Shown: positions 45,725 through 56,649, counted from the first letter of the stretch. The stretch: 64,000 nt of DNA from Thermodesulfobacteriota bacterium (GCA_049320885.1 JBMORA010000018.1:80119-144118), one strand, 5' to 3'. The notes: generated by a model not told the origin, from the sequence alone. Made by a program: numbers and translations.

Positions 45725-48232
45725 TCAGCGTTTCGACTTGGCGCGGGAGGTGGGCTCCGCCTGCAGGGGATCATCGGGCCAATAATGCCTGGGGTACCGA
45801 CCTTTCAACTCCTTTTTGACTTGCAGGTACCCGGTCCGCCAGAACCCTGCCAGATCCCGGGTGATTTGAACCGGACGAGCGGCCGGCGAAAGCAGGTGGA
45901 TGGTCAGGGGGTGCCGCCCTTCCACAATGGCGGGGGTTTCCCCAAGGCCGAACATCTCCTGCAGACGAACCGCCAGCACCGGCGAATCTCCGGAATAATC
46001 GATGGGAATCCGGGACCCGCTCGGAACAACGAAATGGGTGGGGGCCAGTTCATCCATTCGTTTTCGCTGGGCATAGCTCAGCATCGGCGACAGCAACGCC
46101 TGCAAATCCACCCGCTCCAGCTCCCGCAGGCGGGTCAGACCGCCCAGATGCGGCCCCAGCCATTCCGTCAGACCGATTTCCAGTCCCGAGTCGGTGACAT
46201 CCGGCCAGTTCCCTCCCGGATCCACCTGCTGCAGAAAGCAGACCCGTCTCTGCCAAGCCCGCAGAGATTTGGTCCACGGCAGGCATGAGATACCCGTCAT
46301 CCGGATTCCGTTTATCAGGGCTTTCCGCACCCGGTCGTTGTCCGGAGACGGCAGCTGCTCGCGCTGCAAAATCAGGGCCCCCAGACAGATTTCCCGCCGG
46401 GAAACCACCGCCTGCTGGCCGGGGTCCCATTGGATGACTTCCCGGATTTGAATCCGCTTGGCGAACTGCTCCATCAACAGGTCCAGGCGATGGGAAGCGG
46501 CCCTGAATATCCGGGCCTCCCGGCGGTCACCGTCGAGTTCCACGGCGACCAGATACGGTTCCGCCGCCAGGGGGGCATCCGGTTCCAGAAAAGCCCCCTT
46601 TCCCCCGGCCAGCAAATAACGCCCCCTCCGACCGGGGCGCTGCTGCGCCACTCGATCCGGATAGGCAAACGCCAGGAGACGGCCGATGGAATCGGTTCCG
46701 GTGGAAGCCTTCGGACAAGCCATAAGCCGTCCCAGGTGATCGGCTGTCCGGATTACACGCCGGAAAACGGAGGCATCAACGAAACCGGCAAGCGGTTGCC
46801 CGCGGCGGAAAGCGGTCAACAGATCAAAACGGGTTTGCAGGTCCTCATCCCTCCTGACGGCTCCGATATGCATGCCGTCCCGCTCGGTCAACAGAGCCGC
46901 CAGATCGCAAGCCGCCGGCCCCTGCCCGATTTCGGCGGCGGCCATCAGCATATGGGCCAGTCTTGGGTGCAGGGGCAGTCCGGCCATCCTGCGGCCATGC
47001 TCTGTGACGACATTGTCCTGATCCAGGGCATCCAGTGACCGAAGCAGTTCCCGGGCGACCTGAAACGCCTTGGGAGGCGGCGGATCGAGCCAGCGCAGTC
47101 GATGGACATCACGCTCTCCCCAGATCGCCAGTTCCAGCGCCAATCCAGCCAAATCCGCCTCCAGTATTTCCGGCCGGTGTTCCGCCGGCAGGGTATGATG
47201 CGCGCCGTGCGACCACAACCGCAGGCAGATGCCCGGTCCGGTTCGTCCGGCCCTGCCCCGACGTTGATCCGCCGATGCTCTGGATACCGGCATGGTCGTC
47301 AGCCGGGTCATGGCACTGCGGACATCGTATCGCGGCAGACGTGAAAGCCCGCTGTCCACCACCACACGGATTCCATCGATGGTCAGACTGGTTTCCGCAA
47401 TGGAAGTGGCCAGCACGATCTTCCGTTTGCCTTCCGGAGGCGCCATGACGGCCCGATCCTGCTCCTCCTGGGACAACTGCCCGAACAGCGGGGCGATGAT
47501 CCATTCCGGCCCCGGGCCAGCGGCCGCCAGACGTTTCGCCGCCTGGCGGATTTCCGGCGCGCCTGGCAAAAAGACCAAAATATTACCCGGTTCCTCACGG
47601 CCGACCGCCAGCACGGTCTCGACAATCGTTCCAATGGATTCGCCGGGCGTATAGTTTCCGACATAGCGGGTTTCCACCGGGTACTCCCGGCCGGTGCAAC
47701 GAATCACTGGCGCATTGCCCAGCAGGGCCGCCGTTTCCTCCGATGAAAGCGTGGCGGACATGATCAGCAGACGGAGTTCCGCGTTCAGAACTCCCTGCAT
47801 ATCCAGGCATAACGCCAGCCCCAGATCCGCATCCAGGTTGCGTTCGTGATACTCATCGAAAATCACCAGCCCCACGCCTGTAAGGGCGGCATCGTTTTGC
47901 AGCATTCTGGTCAGAACGCCTTCGGTGACCACCTCGACACGCGTCACATTGCTGACACGGCTGTCCATGCGGATCCGGTATCCGACCGTGCGCCCCACCT
48001 CCTCCCCGAGGATGCGAGCCATGCGCGTGGCTGCGGCCCGGGCCGCCAGCCGCCTTGGAGCCAGCATCAATATCTTGCGGCCTTTCAGCCACCCGGCGTC
48101 CTTGAGATACAAGGGGACCAGCGTGGTCTTCCCGGCCCCGGGCGGCGCCTGCAGCACGGCGCAGGCATGTGTTGCCAGCGTCTCGCTCAGCTCCGCCACC
48201 ATTGCTTCCATCGGCAAACCGGTTTGCTGCAT
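45725..48232 (-). CDS. hrpB: ATP-dependent RNA helicase HrpB
   Basis: APPGAGKTT, PRRLAAR, DEYHER, MSAT, ATSIAETSLTI, QRRGRAGR, KGRYPRHYWPDDP. Confidence 0.96.
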   Translation of the reverse strand: MQQTGLPMEAMVAELSETLATHACAVLQAPPGAGKTTLVPLYLKDAGWLKGRKILMLAPRRLAARAAATRMARILGEEVGRTVGYRIRMDSRVSNVTRVEVVTEGVLTRMLQNDAALTGVGLVIFDEYHERNLDADLGLALCLDMQGVLNAELRLLIMSATLSSEETAALLGNAPVIRCTGREYPVETRYVGNYTPGESIGTIVETVLAVGREEPGNILVFLPGAPEIRQAAKRLAAAGPGPEWIIAPLFGQLSQEEQDRAVMAPPEGKRKIVLATSIAETSLTIDGIRVVVDSGLSRLPRYDVRSAMTRLTTMPVSRASADQRRGRAGRTGPGICLRLWSHGAHHTLPAEHRPEILEADLAGLALELAIWGERDVHRLRWLDPPPPKAFQVARELLRSLDALDQDNVVTEHGRRMAGLPLHPRLAHMLMAAAEIGQGPAACDLAALLTERDGMHIGAVRRDEDLQTRFDLLTAFRRGQPLAGFVDASVFRRVIRTADHLGRLMACPKASTGTDSIGRLLAFAYPDRVAQQRPGRRGRYLLAGGKGAFLEPDAPLAAEPYLVAVELDGDRREARIFRAASHRLDLLMEQFAKRIQIREVIQWDPGQQAVVSRREICLGALILQREQLPSPDNDRVRKALINGIRMTGISCLPWTKSLRAWQRRVCFLQQVDPGGNWPDVTDSGLEIGLTEWLGPHLGGLTRLRELERVDLQALLSPMLSYAQRKRMDELAPTHFVVPSGSRIPIDYSGDSPVLAVRLQEMFGLGETPAIVEGRHPLTIHLLSPAARPVQITRDLAGFWRTGYLQVKKELKGRYPRHYWPDDPLQAEPTSRAKSKR

Positions 48233-48268
48233 ACCCTTTTTGTATCAGGCTCAATCCGCCCGACTCTT

Positions 48269-49189
48269 CTATTTTCCAGTCCTGGACTTTTTTTCCTGGG
48301 GCCTGGAGCTTGGAGAACCCATTCTGTTCAAGGTTACCACACTACCGAAAATCAGCCCCCCGCCGATCCAAAACCGCAGTGTCGCGGCCTCTTCCAGAAA
48401 CACAATCCCCGCAATGGCGGTGAAAATCACCTCACTGGACATGAGTACACCACCCTCCCATCCCCGGCAGTAGAAAAAGCCCTGGTTCATCAGCAGCTGG
48501 GCCGCGAGGGAGGCCAGAACGATACCCAGAATCATCACCCATTCCATGGGAGTGGCCGGCACGACCGGGTGCAGAAGGAAATCCGGCAGGGTCACTAGCG
48601 CACCCGTCAAACACAGATACAGATAAATGACCACCGGTCCGTTGTTTTCCCTCAGGGCGCGAATGAATGTCACCGTGACCCCGGCGAATAAGCCGCCGAT
48701 GACCGCCATGACCTGCCCGATAAGCGCGCCTTCCATCCGAAAATCCAGCAGCACGCCGATGCCGCCCATCACCACCAGGATGCATAGGATCCCGGGGATT
48801 CCGATGCGCTCACCATAGAACCAGAAGGAAAAAACGGCTGAAAAGGCCGGGAATGAATAGAACAGCACCAGGGTCGTGGATATGGGCAACAGCCGGAGGG
48901 CGGTGATCATGGCGATGAAAGCCACCGTCCCGGTCAATCCCCGGATGATCAGCAACGGGATATTGTTGCCCCGCCATGGATTGCGGTTGTGGCCGAAAAG
49001 CAACTGGATGATGACAGCTCCACCAAAAAACCGGAAAAAACCGATGTGCCAGACGCTGTACTGCGGCCCCAGCAGTTTGATAAGAATATTGAGAACCGTG
49101 AACAGCAACGCCGCCGACAGCATGAACAAGGGGCCGGCCACGGCCGCGTCCAGCAATATCGGTTCTTTCGACGTTTCCGGAGTCTTCAT
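48269..49189 (-). CDS. DMT/EamA family transporter
   Basis: About ten hydrophobic helices in two EamA repeats. Confidence 0.88.
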   Translation of the reverse strand: MKTPETSKEPILLDAAVAGPLFMLSAALLFTVLNILIKLLGPQYSVWHIGFFRFFGGAVIIQLLFGHNRNPWRGNNIPLLIIRGLTGTVAFIAMITALRLLPISTTLVLFYSFPAFSAVFSFWFYGERIGIPGILCILVVMGGIGVLLDFRMEGALIGQVMAVIGGLFAGVTVTFIRALRENNGPVVIYLYLCLTGALVTLPDFLLHPVVPATPMEWVMILGIVLASLAAQLLMNQGFFYCRGWEGGVLMSSEVIFTAIAGIVFLEEAATLRFWIGGGLIFGSVVTLNRMGSPSSRPQEKKSRTGK

Positions 49190-49264
49190 CACAATCCACC
49201 TACCTGAAGCCCGGGCGCCAGCGGACAGCAATTGGGGCGCCCGGCCGGAGAAAGCCGGCAGGTT

Positions 49265-49951
49265 TCACTGCCATGCGAAATACGGTTGATCAAAATGCGC
49301 CACGCGGGTTTCCCGTCCCAGAACAGCCACCTCCCGGAACTGATAGATGATGGCCGCTGTGGGCGCCGCGATCCAGTCGTCACCCACCGGCATGAACAGC
49401 ACGGGATGCCGTTCCCCCGAGGAAGTATCCAGAATGGGAGCGTCCTTGCGCATGAATTCGGCAATGGGGATGCGATGGACCGAGGCCACCTCATCCGGAT
49501 TGGGAATGATTTCGGCTCCAGGCCCGACCCAGACCACCACTGGAGAAATGATGAATCCCGATCGGGTCGTGAAATCATCCAGTCGTCCGATCACGTTTCC
49601 CGCCTCGACCTCCACGCCCACTTCCTCCCAAAGCTCCCGCAATGCCGCCTCCTCCGGGCGTTCCCCGGCATCCAGGCGCCCGCCGGGAAAGGCCCATTGG
49701 CCGGAATGATGTTTCAGCTTGGAAGCCCGGCGCGTCAGAATCAGGGTCGCCTGGTCCGCCTCGGCGGGAGCCATCCCCAAACAGCGGATACCGGGTCGCT
49801 GGGAGGCGGGCGTCACCACAACGGCCACGGCGGCGCGCCGGAATCCCTCGCGATGATCCTGAAGGGGGACAAAACCCTTCAGATTGGAGGAAATCCGCTC
49901 CAGGAAGCGCTGATTGAAAACAAGGGAGTCCGATTCTTCCATTTCCATCAC
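49265..49951 (-). CDS. Nudix hydrolase, CoA pyrophosphatase (NudL/PCD1-like)
   Basis: LTRRASKLKHHSGQWAFPGG plus Nudix box GRLDAGERPEEAALRELWEEVG. Confidence 0.9.
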   Translation of the reverse strand: MMEMEESDSLVFNQRFLERISSNLKGFVPLQDHREGFRRAAVAVVVTPASQRPGIRCLGMAPAEADQATLILTRRASKLKHHSGQWAFPGGRLDAGERPEEAALRELWEEVGVEVEAGNVIGRLDDFTTRSGFIISPVVVWVGPGAEIIPNPDEVASVHRIPIAEFMRKDAPILDTSSGERHPVLFMPVGDDWIAAPTAAIIYQFREVAVLGRETRVAHFDQPYFAWQ

Positions 49952-50862
49952 AATCCCAGCAACCCGGCGGCGTTTTCATAAAAAATCCTGCGTTCTAACG
50001 CACGGTCTCCCCGGCAGGCTTTTTTCACAATCCGAATGGCCGGCTCCCTGTTTCCATAAGGCCAGTCCGATGCATACAGCACACGTTCAGGGCCGAAGAC
50101 ACCAAGCAATCGGCGGACATGCTCGGGCGATTGAAAAGAGATGTCGACCATCACGTTTTTAAACCCGCTCAACGAATCCATCACGTCACGATATTCAAAC
50201 AGACCGGCATGCCCGGCAATGAAGGCGACATTCGGGAAAGCCGCCACCAATTCCCTGGCATCGGCAATCCGCCCGAGGGAGGAATTCTCTCTTTCATCCC
50301 GCCCCGGTTCCAGATAATAAGACGAAACTCCACAGTGAAACAGCACCGGCAGCCGGTGAACGGAAAAAGCCTCCACCGCCCGCATCGTTTTCGGGCTGTT
50401 CAACGGCATGCGCTGAATGATCGGATGCAGTTTCAATCCCCTGGCCCCCATGGAAACGTCTCGGGCCAGAGATTCCTGTACATTCTTGTCCGTGGTGTAA
50501 TCCACTCCGGTAAATGGTATGATCCGGTTTTCGGTTTGACAGGCTTTATGCAGGTCGTCGAAGCTAACATGGGGCGGGATGGGCATGCACGCGCTCAGAT
50601 CGACACCGGCCGCATTCATGGAAATCCGCATGTTTTCAAGACTCGCGGTTGCATTTCTGGCCCTCGAAGATTTGGTGACCCGCGTTCGCAGTTTTTCATA
50701 CAGCCACGCGTCCACGGAATCCGAAATACCCCGGTGGCAGAGCATTTCGGATTGGGTTACGACATCATACAGGAATCGTTTCTGCACGGCCTTGCGATGG
50801 ATCAGCGCCCCTCCTCCCGGATGAAGAATATCGCCGAGATGAGTATGGATATCGATGATCAT
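49948..50862 (-). CDS. Amidohydrolase_2 family metal-dependent hydrolase
   Basis: IIDIHTH, GLKLHP, VLFHCG, AGHAG, LYASDWP. Confidence 0.88.
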   Translation of the reverse strand: MIIDIHTHLGDILHPGGGALIHRKAVQKRFLYDVVTQSEMLCHRGISDSVDAWLYEKLRTRVTKSSRARNATASLENMRISMNAAGVDLSACMPIPPHVSFDDLHKACQTENRIIPFTGVDYTTDKNVQESLARDVSMGARGLKLHPIIQRMPLNSPKTMRAVEAFSVHRLPVLFHCGVSSYYLEPGRDERENSSLGRIADARELVAAFPNVAFIAGHAGLFEYRDVMDSLSGFKNVMVDISFQSPEHVRRLLGVFGPERVLYASDWPYGNREPAIRIVKKACRGDRALERRIFYENAAGLLGL

Positions 50863-50889
50863 GTGTTCTCCGAAAAAAGAAGAAAAATA

Positions 50890-52218
50890 CTATTTATAAT
50901 ACAACCGGTCCTCCAGTTTCATGAATCCGCGGATTGCATGGGCCGCGCCGTATGAAATCATTTCCGGGGGCCAGGGGATGGTTTTGCGGCCGACAAAGAA
51001 CATTTCCGTTCGGGCGGTTTTTTGTCCGCAGATCATTTCCGCAATGGTGCGTCCGTTCATGGTGGTCATGGACACACCGTGTCCGATGCAGCCCAGGGAA
51101 AAAATGGCCTTTCGATCCTTCCCAAGATAACCGATTACCGGGGCCATATCAAGCGTGACGGAAACCGGCCCGCCCCATCGATGCGTGAACCCGATACCTT
51201 TCAATTGGGGGAACACCTCCAGCACATGATTCTCCAGGTGCGTGAATATCGCAGCATTTAAATCCCGATTCAGATCGGCACCATAGCCAAAGGAGACATC
51301 CCCGCCGCCCATGACGATGCGGTTGTCCCGGGTCAGGCGGTAATAGTGGATCAAGTCTCTGGCGTCTTCCACTCCGGTCCGGCATTGCCAGCCGATATCG
51401 TCCAACCGGCTTTGGGACAGAGGCTCGCTCATTACGATGTGCGTGAAAGCCGGCATCTGCAGATGTTTCATTTGCGGAAACAGAATCGAATAGGCGTTGG
51501 TGGCAAACACCAGATATTCCGATCTCAGCCGCCCCTTTTCCGAGCGGACCACAAATTTCCCGGAGACCTCGCGCCTGAAATCCTTGACCGGTGAGTTTTC
51601 ATACACCGTCACGCCGGCGCTCTCCGCCAGGTTTTTCAGACCGCGGGCCAGTTTGGCCGGATGTAAAATACCGCAGCGGGGCTCAAACCAGCCCAGCCGG
51701 TAATAACCCGTATTGAATTCCCGGGCCAACCGCTCCCGGGACCAGCGCTCGACACCCCCAAGCCCCCATTTTTCCATGATCCTGAAATCGTGCTCCACCC
51801 GTTTCACCTGGGCCGGACTGGTACCCACGAGCAGATACCCGCTGCGCTCATAATCGCAATCGATCCCCCTGCCGGTTATCATGTCATGCAGATAATCGAC
51901 GGCATTTTCCATATAGAGCTGGGCGTCCCGGGCTTTCTGATCGTCAAACCGGAAAGTGGTGATTCCCTTGGTCAGGCCGAAGAGGGTCATGGAAAAACCG
52001 CCATTTCGCCCGGAAGCGCCATAGCCGCAGACATCCGCCTCAATGACCCGCACATCCATCGCGGGATTCAATTGCTTGAGATGAAATCCCGTGGACAGCC
52101 CCGTATAGCCTCCGCCGATGATGACGACATCGGCGCTTTCGTCCGTCTCCAACTGTCGGTTGGGAATGATTTCCGGCAGCGATTCAAGCCACCAGCTTTT
52201 GGAACGATAATCCGCCAT
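50890..52218 (-). CDS. FAD-dependent amine oxidoreductase (PuuB/DadA family)
   Basis: IIGGGYTGLS, GASGRNGG, HPAKLARGL, FATNAY, WGGPV, GHGV. Confidence 0.88.
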   Translation of the reverse strand: MADYRSKSWWLESLPEIIPNRQLETDESADVVIIGGGYTGLSTGFHLKQLNPAMDVRVIEADVCGYGASGRNGGFSMTLFGLTKGITTFRFDDQKARDAQLYMENAVDYLHDMITGRGIDCDYERSGYLLVGTSPAQVKRVEHDFRIMEKWGLGGVERWSRERLAREFNTGYYRLGWFEPRCGILHPAKLARGLKNLAESAGVTVYENSPVKDFRREVSGKFVVRSEKGRLRSEYLVFATNAYSILFPQMKHLQMPAFTHIVMSEPLSQSRLDDIGWQCRTGVEDARDLIHYYRLTRDNRIVMGGGDVSFGYGADLNRDLNAAIFTHLENHVLEVFPQLKGIGFTHRWGGPVSVTLDMAPVIGYLGKDRKAIFSLGCIGHGVSMTTMNGRTIAEMICGQKTARTEMFFVGRKTIPWPPEMISYGAAHAIRGFMKLEDRLYYK

Positions 52219-52283
52219 CGCGCACCTCCTTTTGGAAAATCCATCGAAATCCAGCCTTGACGAAAAGCCGTAGTTATGATTTT

Positions 52284-52299
52284 AGTTGGTCAACCAACT
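52284..52299. promoter_or_regulatory. Palindromic operator (probable TetR site) between divergent genes
   Basis: AGTTGGT-CA-ACCAACT perfect 7-bp arms; minus-strand TTGACA at 52322-52327. Confidence 0.65.
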
Positions 52300-52391
52300 C
52301 AATAACCGCCCCCTGCGTCCCTGTCAACCATTAATTCAAATCCGCACCGGCATAGGGGGCCGGCTACCTGCAACTGAAAAGGATCAAGCCC

Positions 52392-53015
52392 ATGGCTCCA
52401 AGAAAGGATCGCACGGACAAGAAAACACGGATACTTCAGGCTCTGGACCGCTGTCTCCGGAAAAAGCCCTTTGACCGGACTTCCATCAAGGATATCGCCG
52501 AAACAGCCGGCGTCAATCATGGCTTGCTGCACTACTATTTTAAGAGCAAGGAGGATATCCTGATCCAATATATCGATTACATCCTGGAATATTATAAATC
52601 CACCTTCAACGAATGGCTGGCATCGAAACAAACGGAAGGCGGGAGTGCGCAAAAACTGCTGGAAGAGTTTTTCCAGTTCATGAACGAAAAGATCACCCTC
52701 AATAAAAATCTTTCCACCGTTTTTATCGAAATCTGGGAAATCGCCCTATACAACCGCAAGGTGCGCAGTCGACTGCAGCGGACATATCAGGCATGGATTG
52801 ATGTCCTGACGGACATGCTGACTCCCCTGACGCAGGATACAGCCGGCGCCCGGCGGTCAGGTATCGCCACGGTGGCTTTTCTCGAAGGCATGGCGCTCTT
52901 CTCGGTTATTCTCCAGCAGGAAACCGCGGGCCTTAAAGGGGCGCTCGAAGAATTTCAGCGAAAAATCATTGCCGCGGTGAAGGAAACCGCGCCGGCCGGC
53001 GGGCAAGGGCGCTGA
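52392..53015 (+). CDS. TetR/AcrR family transcriptional regulator
   Basis: TSIKDIAETAGVNHGLLHYYFKSKEDIL. Confidence 0.92.
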   Translation: MAPRKDRTDKKTRILQALDRCLRKKPFDRTSIKDIAETAGVNHGLLHYYFKSKEDILIQYIDYILEYYKSTFNEWLASKQTEGGSAQKLLEEFFQFMNEKITLNKNLSTVFIEIWEIALYNRKVRSRLQRTYQAWIDVLTDMLTPLTQDTAGARRSGIATVAFLEGMALFSVILQQETAGLKGALEEFQRKIIAAVKETAPAGGQGR

Positions 53016-53306
53016 AAGCCGTCGGCACCTCCGCCGCGCCCTTCGCCGCCTTCTTCTGTATGTACTACATCTATAAATTTTATTTATTTTCAATAGCTTA
53101 TATAAGCATTCGGTTTAAACCCAGGCCAGACTTGAACTCGCCGGACATGCTGTTTAACCTGCGTCCCGCATGACTCTTTTAAAAAAAATCTTTGTAGAAT
53201 CCCATTTTCCGTGCATTATCGTATTGACATTCCCAAAGACCTTCTTTACTAAAGGGGATCAAGGACCGGTTTTCTCTATTAACCACGTTTTATGGGAGGT
53301 GACGGC

Positions 53307-53579
53307 ATGACCAAAGCGGAATTGATCGAAATGATGGCTAATGACGCAGGTATTTCCAAAACGGCAGCGGATGCGGCGCTGAAATCATTCATTGACGGTG
53401 TCACAAAAGCGTTGAAGAAGAAAGACGGAAAAGTAACGCTGGTCGGTTTTGGCACTTTCTCAAAAAGCCGGCGCAATGCCCGCAAAGGGCGCAATCCCCA
53501 AACGGGTGAGGAAATCAAAATCAAAGCCACCAACGTTGTAAAATTCAAACCCGGCAAAAAACTGAAAGAAGCCATCTAA
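53307..53579 (+). CDS. hup: DNA-binding protein HU
   Basis: MTKAELI, VTLVGFGTF, RKGRNPQTGEEI, FKPGKKLKEAI; SD GGAGGT. Confidence 0.96.
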   Translation: MTKAELIEMMANDAGISKTAADAALKSFIDGVTKALKKKDGKVTLVGFGTFSKSRRNARKGRNPQTGEEIKIKATNVVKFKPGKKLKEAI

Positions 53580-53587
53580 GCGGCTCA

Positions 53588-53625
53588 GGGCGGCTTGTTT
53601 CGGCATTCCCGGGAACAAGCCGCCC
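53588..53625. terminator. Strong hairpin between convergent HU and uvrA
   Basis: GGGCGGCTTGTTT...GAACAAGCCGCCC; no clear U tract. Confidence 0.45.
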
Positions 53626-53739
53626 GATCCATTCATGCAATGGCGCGGAAAACGCCGCCGGACAGCAATGGGCGCTTTTCGCGGTCTTCATCGGCATGCC
53701 GGCCATCACCCCAGGTTGTCTGCCTTCCAATCCCCATCG

Positions 53740-56649
53740 CTACAATATTTCCTTCAGAAACCGACCGGTAGCACTCTCTTTTGAACGGGCCACCGTTTCA
53801 GGCGGCCCCTGGGCCACAATGCGGCCGCCCTGTTTACCTCCTTCAGGCCCCAGATCAATGATCCAGTCCGCGGCCTTGATGATGTCCAGGTTGTGTTCGA
53901 TGACCACTACCGTATTGCCGCCGTCAACCAGGCGTTGCAGCACGACCAACAGCATTTTGATATCGTCGAAATGGAGGCCGGTGGTGGGCTCGTCCAGAAT
54001 GTACAGAGTCCGACCGGTTTCCCGTTTGGAGAGTTCCCGGGCCAATTTGATGCGCTGGGCCTCGCCACCCGACAACGTCGTGGCCGACTGGCCCAGCTTG
54101 ATATAGGAAAGCCCTACCTGGGTCAGGGTATCCAGAATGGACTTGATCCTGGGGTGATGCGCGAACAATTCACCCGCCTGGGCAACGGACAGATCAAGGA
54201 CATCGGAGATGGAATGTCCTTTGTACAACACTTCCAGGGTGGCCGGATTGAAACGTTTTCCCCTGCAGATCTCGCAGGGCACGAAAACATCCGCCAGGAA
54301 ATGCATTTCCACCCGGATAAAGCCGTCACCCTGGCAATGTTCGCACCGTCCGCCTTTTACGTTGAAGGAAAAACGGCCCTTCTGGTATCCCCGGGACCGG
54401 GACTCCGGCAGCACGGAGAAAAAATCACGGATATGATCAAACACCTTGGTGTAAGTGGCCGGGTTGCTGCGCGGGGTCCGGCCGATGGCCTTCTGATCGA
54501 TATTGATCACCTTGTCCAGATGTTCGAGTCCCCGGATATCCCCATGCCCACCGACCGGAACCATGCCGCCGTGAAGCCTGCGGGCAAGGGCGGGGTACAA
54601 TATCTGGTTCACAAGGGTTGATTTCCCTGCCCCGGAAACACCGGTTACCAGGACCAGTAGACCGAGGGGAATATCCACGGTGATGTCGTTCAGATTGTTC
54701 TCATAGGCTTTTGCGATGGTAATACACTTGTTTCCGAAATCCTTCGGCCGGCGGCGGGTACCGGGCGCATCGATGGTCAACGCACCGCTCAGGTATCTTC
54801 CCGTGATGGATACCGGATTCTTGCGGATCTGAGCAGGCGTTCCGGCCGCCACTACCTGACCGCCTAGGTGGCCGGCGCCGGGCCCCAGGTCCAATACCCA
54901 GTCCGCCGATTCGATGGTTTCACGATCATGCTCCACCACGATGAGGGTGTTGCCGATATCCCGCAGATGACAAAGAGTGTTGAGCAGGCGAATGTTGTCC
55001 TTCTGGTGCAGGCCGATGGAGGGTTCATCCAGAATATAGAGCACGCCGGTCAATTCCGAGCCGATCTGGGAAGCCAGGCGGATACGCTGGGATTCCCCTC
55101 CGGACAGGGTTGGACCTTTCCGGTCCAGGGATAGATAATTCAGACCCACATTTACCAGAAAGCCGAGCCGGCTGATGATTTCCTTGAGCAGTTCCTCGGC
55201 GATCAGCCGCCGGTTGCCGGTCAAGTTCAGACCTGAAAAAAAATCAAAGGCCTCCTGGATGGTCATGGCGGTGATGTCGATGATCGAGCGGTCCTCGATT
55301 TTAACATACAGAGCCGCCGGCTTCAGCCTGCGGCCTTCGCAGGCGGAACAGGCGGTTTCGGACATGAACTTGGCATAGTAGTTTTTGGCGCTTTCGGAAG
55401 TGGTTTGAAGGTACCGCCGCATCAGAGTGTTCAATATCCCCTCGAAACGGGTGGTGACCTCCCCCTTCATGCTGGCGGAGTTCCAGTTGACCGTCATCTT
55501 CTGCCCCTTGGAGCCATACAGACAGAGCTCCTGTTGATTTTCGGGCAGTTTTTCCCAGGGCTTGTCCAGATCGATTTTCCAGGTCCGCGCCATGGCCAGC
55601 AACTGTTCCATCCCCCAGCTGCTTTTGCGTTCGTCCGCATTTACAAAATAACTGCGCCAGGGAAGCACCGCACCCTCCCGGATGGACAGGTTTTTATCGG
55701 GAACCACCTTGCCCGCGTCCATGGCCAGAACAGTTCCCAGCCCGTTGCACTCCGGGCACATCCCCTGGGGCGAATTGAAGGAAAACAACTGGGGGGTCAG
55801 TTCTGGATAAGCGATTCCGCAACAGGAACGCGTTTCACTCATCCGCAGATCTTCCCGATCCAGTACATGAACGATCAACTGGCCCCTGCCCAGCTTCAAG
55901 GCCGCTTCCACGGAATCGGTGAGACGCTGAATGAAGGCCGATTCGGATCGGATGGTCAGCCGGTCCACCACGACTTCGATATTGTGCTTTTTATGCCTGG
56001 ACAGACCCTGCACATCGGTCAGGTCATGAACCACACCGTCGATGCGCACCCTGGCGTAACCGTCGCGGCGCAACCCGTCGAACAATTCACGATGCTCCCC
56101 CTTGCGGTTCTCGATGATGGGTGCCAGAACCAATACGCGGGTCCCCGGAGGAATGGTCAATATCTGCTCCACCATTCCGGCGGCGTCTCCCCGTCCGACC
56201 TTTTTGCCGCATCGGTGACAATATTGAATCCCCACGCGCGCAAACAGCACCCGCAGATAATCATAGATTTCGGTGATGGTTCCCACCGTGGAGCGGGGAT
56301 TCTTGGATGCGGATTTCTGTTCGATGGAAATGGTCGGAGACAGCCCCCGGATGGTGTCATATTTCGGCTTTTCCATCTGTCCGATGAACTGCCGGGCATA
56401 CGCCGAGAGCGATTCCACGTAGCGCCTCTGTCCCTCGGCGAATATCGTGTCAAAGGCCAGGCTGGACTTGCCGGAACCGGACACCCCGGTAAAAACGATC
56501 AGTTTTTTCTTCGGCAGTTCCACATGGATATTTTTGAGATTATGCTCCCGGGCCCCCTTGACGATGATATATTCCAGTTCCCGTGTCTTCCGCGCCCTCG
56601 TCTTGACCTGCGGATTCTCGACGGTCGGTTTCTTGTCTCTTTTCGGCAT
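53740..56649 (-). CDS. uvrA: Excinuclease ABC subunit A
   Basis: GAREHNLKN, GVSGSGKSSLAFDT, LSGGESQRIRLA, GVSGAGKS, LSGGEAQRIKLA, zinc fingers. Confidence 0.98.
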   Translation of the reverse strand: MPKRDKKPTVENPQVKTRARKTRELEYIIVKGAREHNLKNIHVELPKKKLIVFTGVSGSGKSSLAFDTIFAEGQRRYVESLSAYARQFIGQMEKPKYDTIRGLSPTISIEQKSASKNPRSTVGTITEIYDYLRVLFARVGIQYCHRCGKKVGRGDAAGMVEQILTIPPGTRVLVLAPIIENRKGEHRELFDGLRRDGYARVRIDGVVHDLTDVQGLSRHKKHNIEVVVDRLTIRSESAFIQRLTDSVEAALKLGRGQLIVHVLDREDLRMSETRSCCGIAYPELTPQLFSFNSPQGMCPECNGLGTVLAMDAGKVVPDKNLSIREGAVLPWRSYFVNADERKSSWGMEQLLAMARTWKIDLDKPWEKLPENQQELCLYGSKGQKMTVNWNSASMKGEVTTRFEGILNTLMRRYLQTTSESAKNYYAKFMSETACSACEGRRLKPAALYVKIEDRSIIDITAMTIQEAFDFFSGLNLTGNRRLIAEELLKEIISRLGFLVNVGLNYLSLDRKGPTLSGGESQRIRLASQIGSELTGVLYILDEPSIGLHQKDNIRLLNTLCHLRDIGNTLIVVEHDRETIESADWVLDLGPGAGHLGGQVVAAGTPAQIRKNPVSITGRYLSGALTIDAPGTRRRPKDFGNKCITIAKAYENNLNDITVDIPLGLLVLVTGVSGAGKSTLVNQILYPALARRLHGGMVPVGGHGDIRGLEHLDKVINIDQKAIGRTPRSNPATYTKVFDHIRDFFSVLPESRSRGYQKGRFSFNVKGGRCEHCQGDGFIRVEMHFLADVFVPCEICRGKRFNPATLEVLYKGHSISDVLDLSVAQAGELFAHHPRIKSILDTLTQVGLSYIKLGQSATTLSGGEAQRIKLARELSKRETGRTLYILDEPTTGLHFDDIKMLLVVLQRLVDGGNTVVVIEHNLDIIKAADWIIDLGPEGGKQGGRIVAQGPPETVARSKESATGRFLKEIL

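Noticed and set aside
53040..53230. AT-rich intergenic stretch before HU as possible ncRNA or insertion scar
   Set aside because: Explained by promoter elements (TTGACA at 53224); no terminal repeats or stable RNA fold evident
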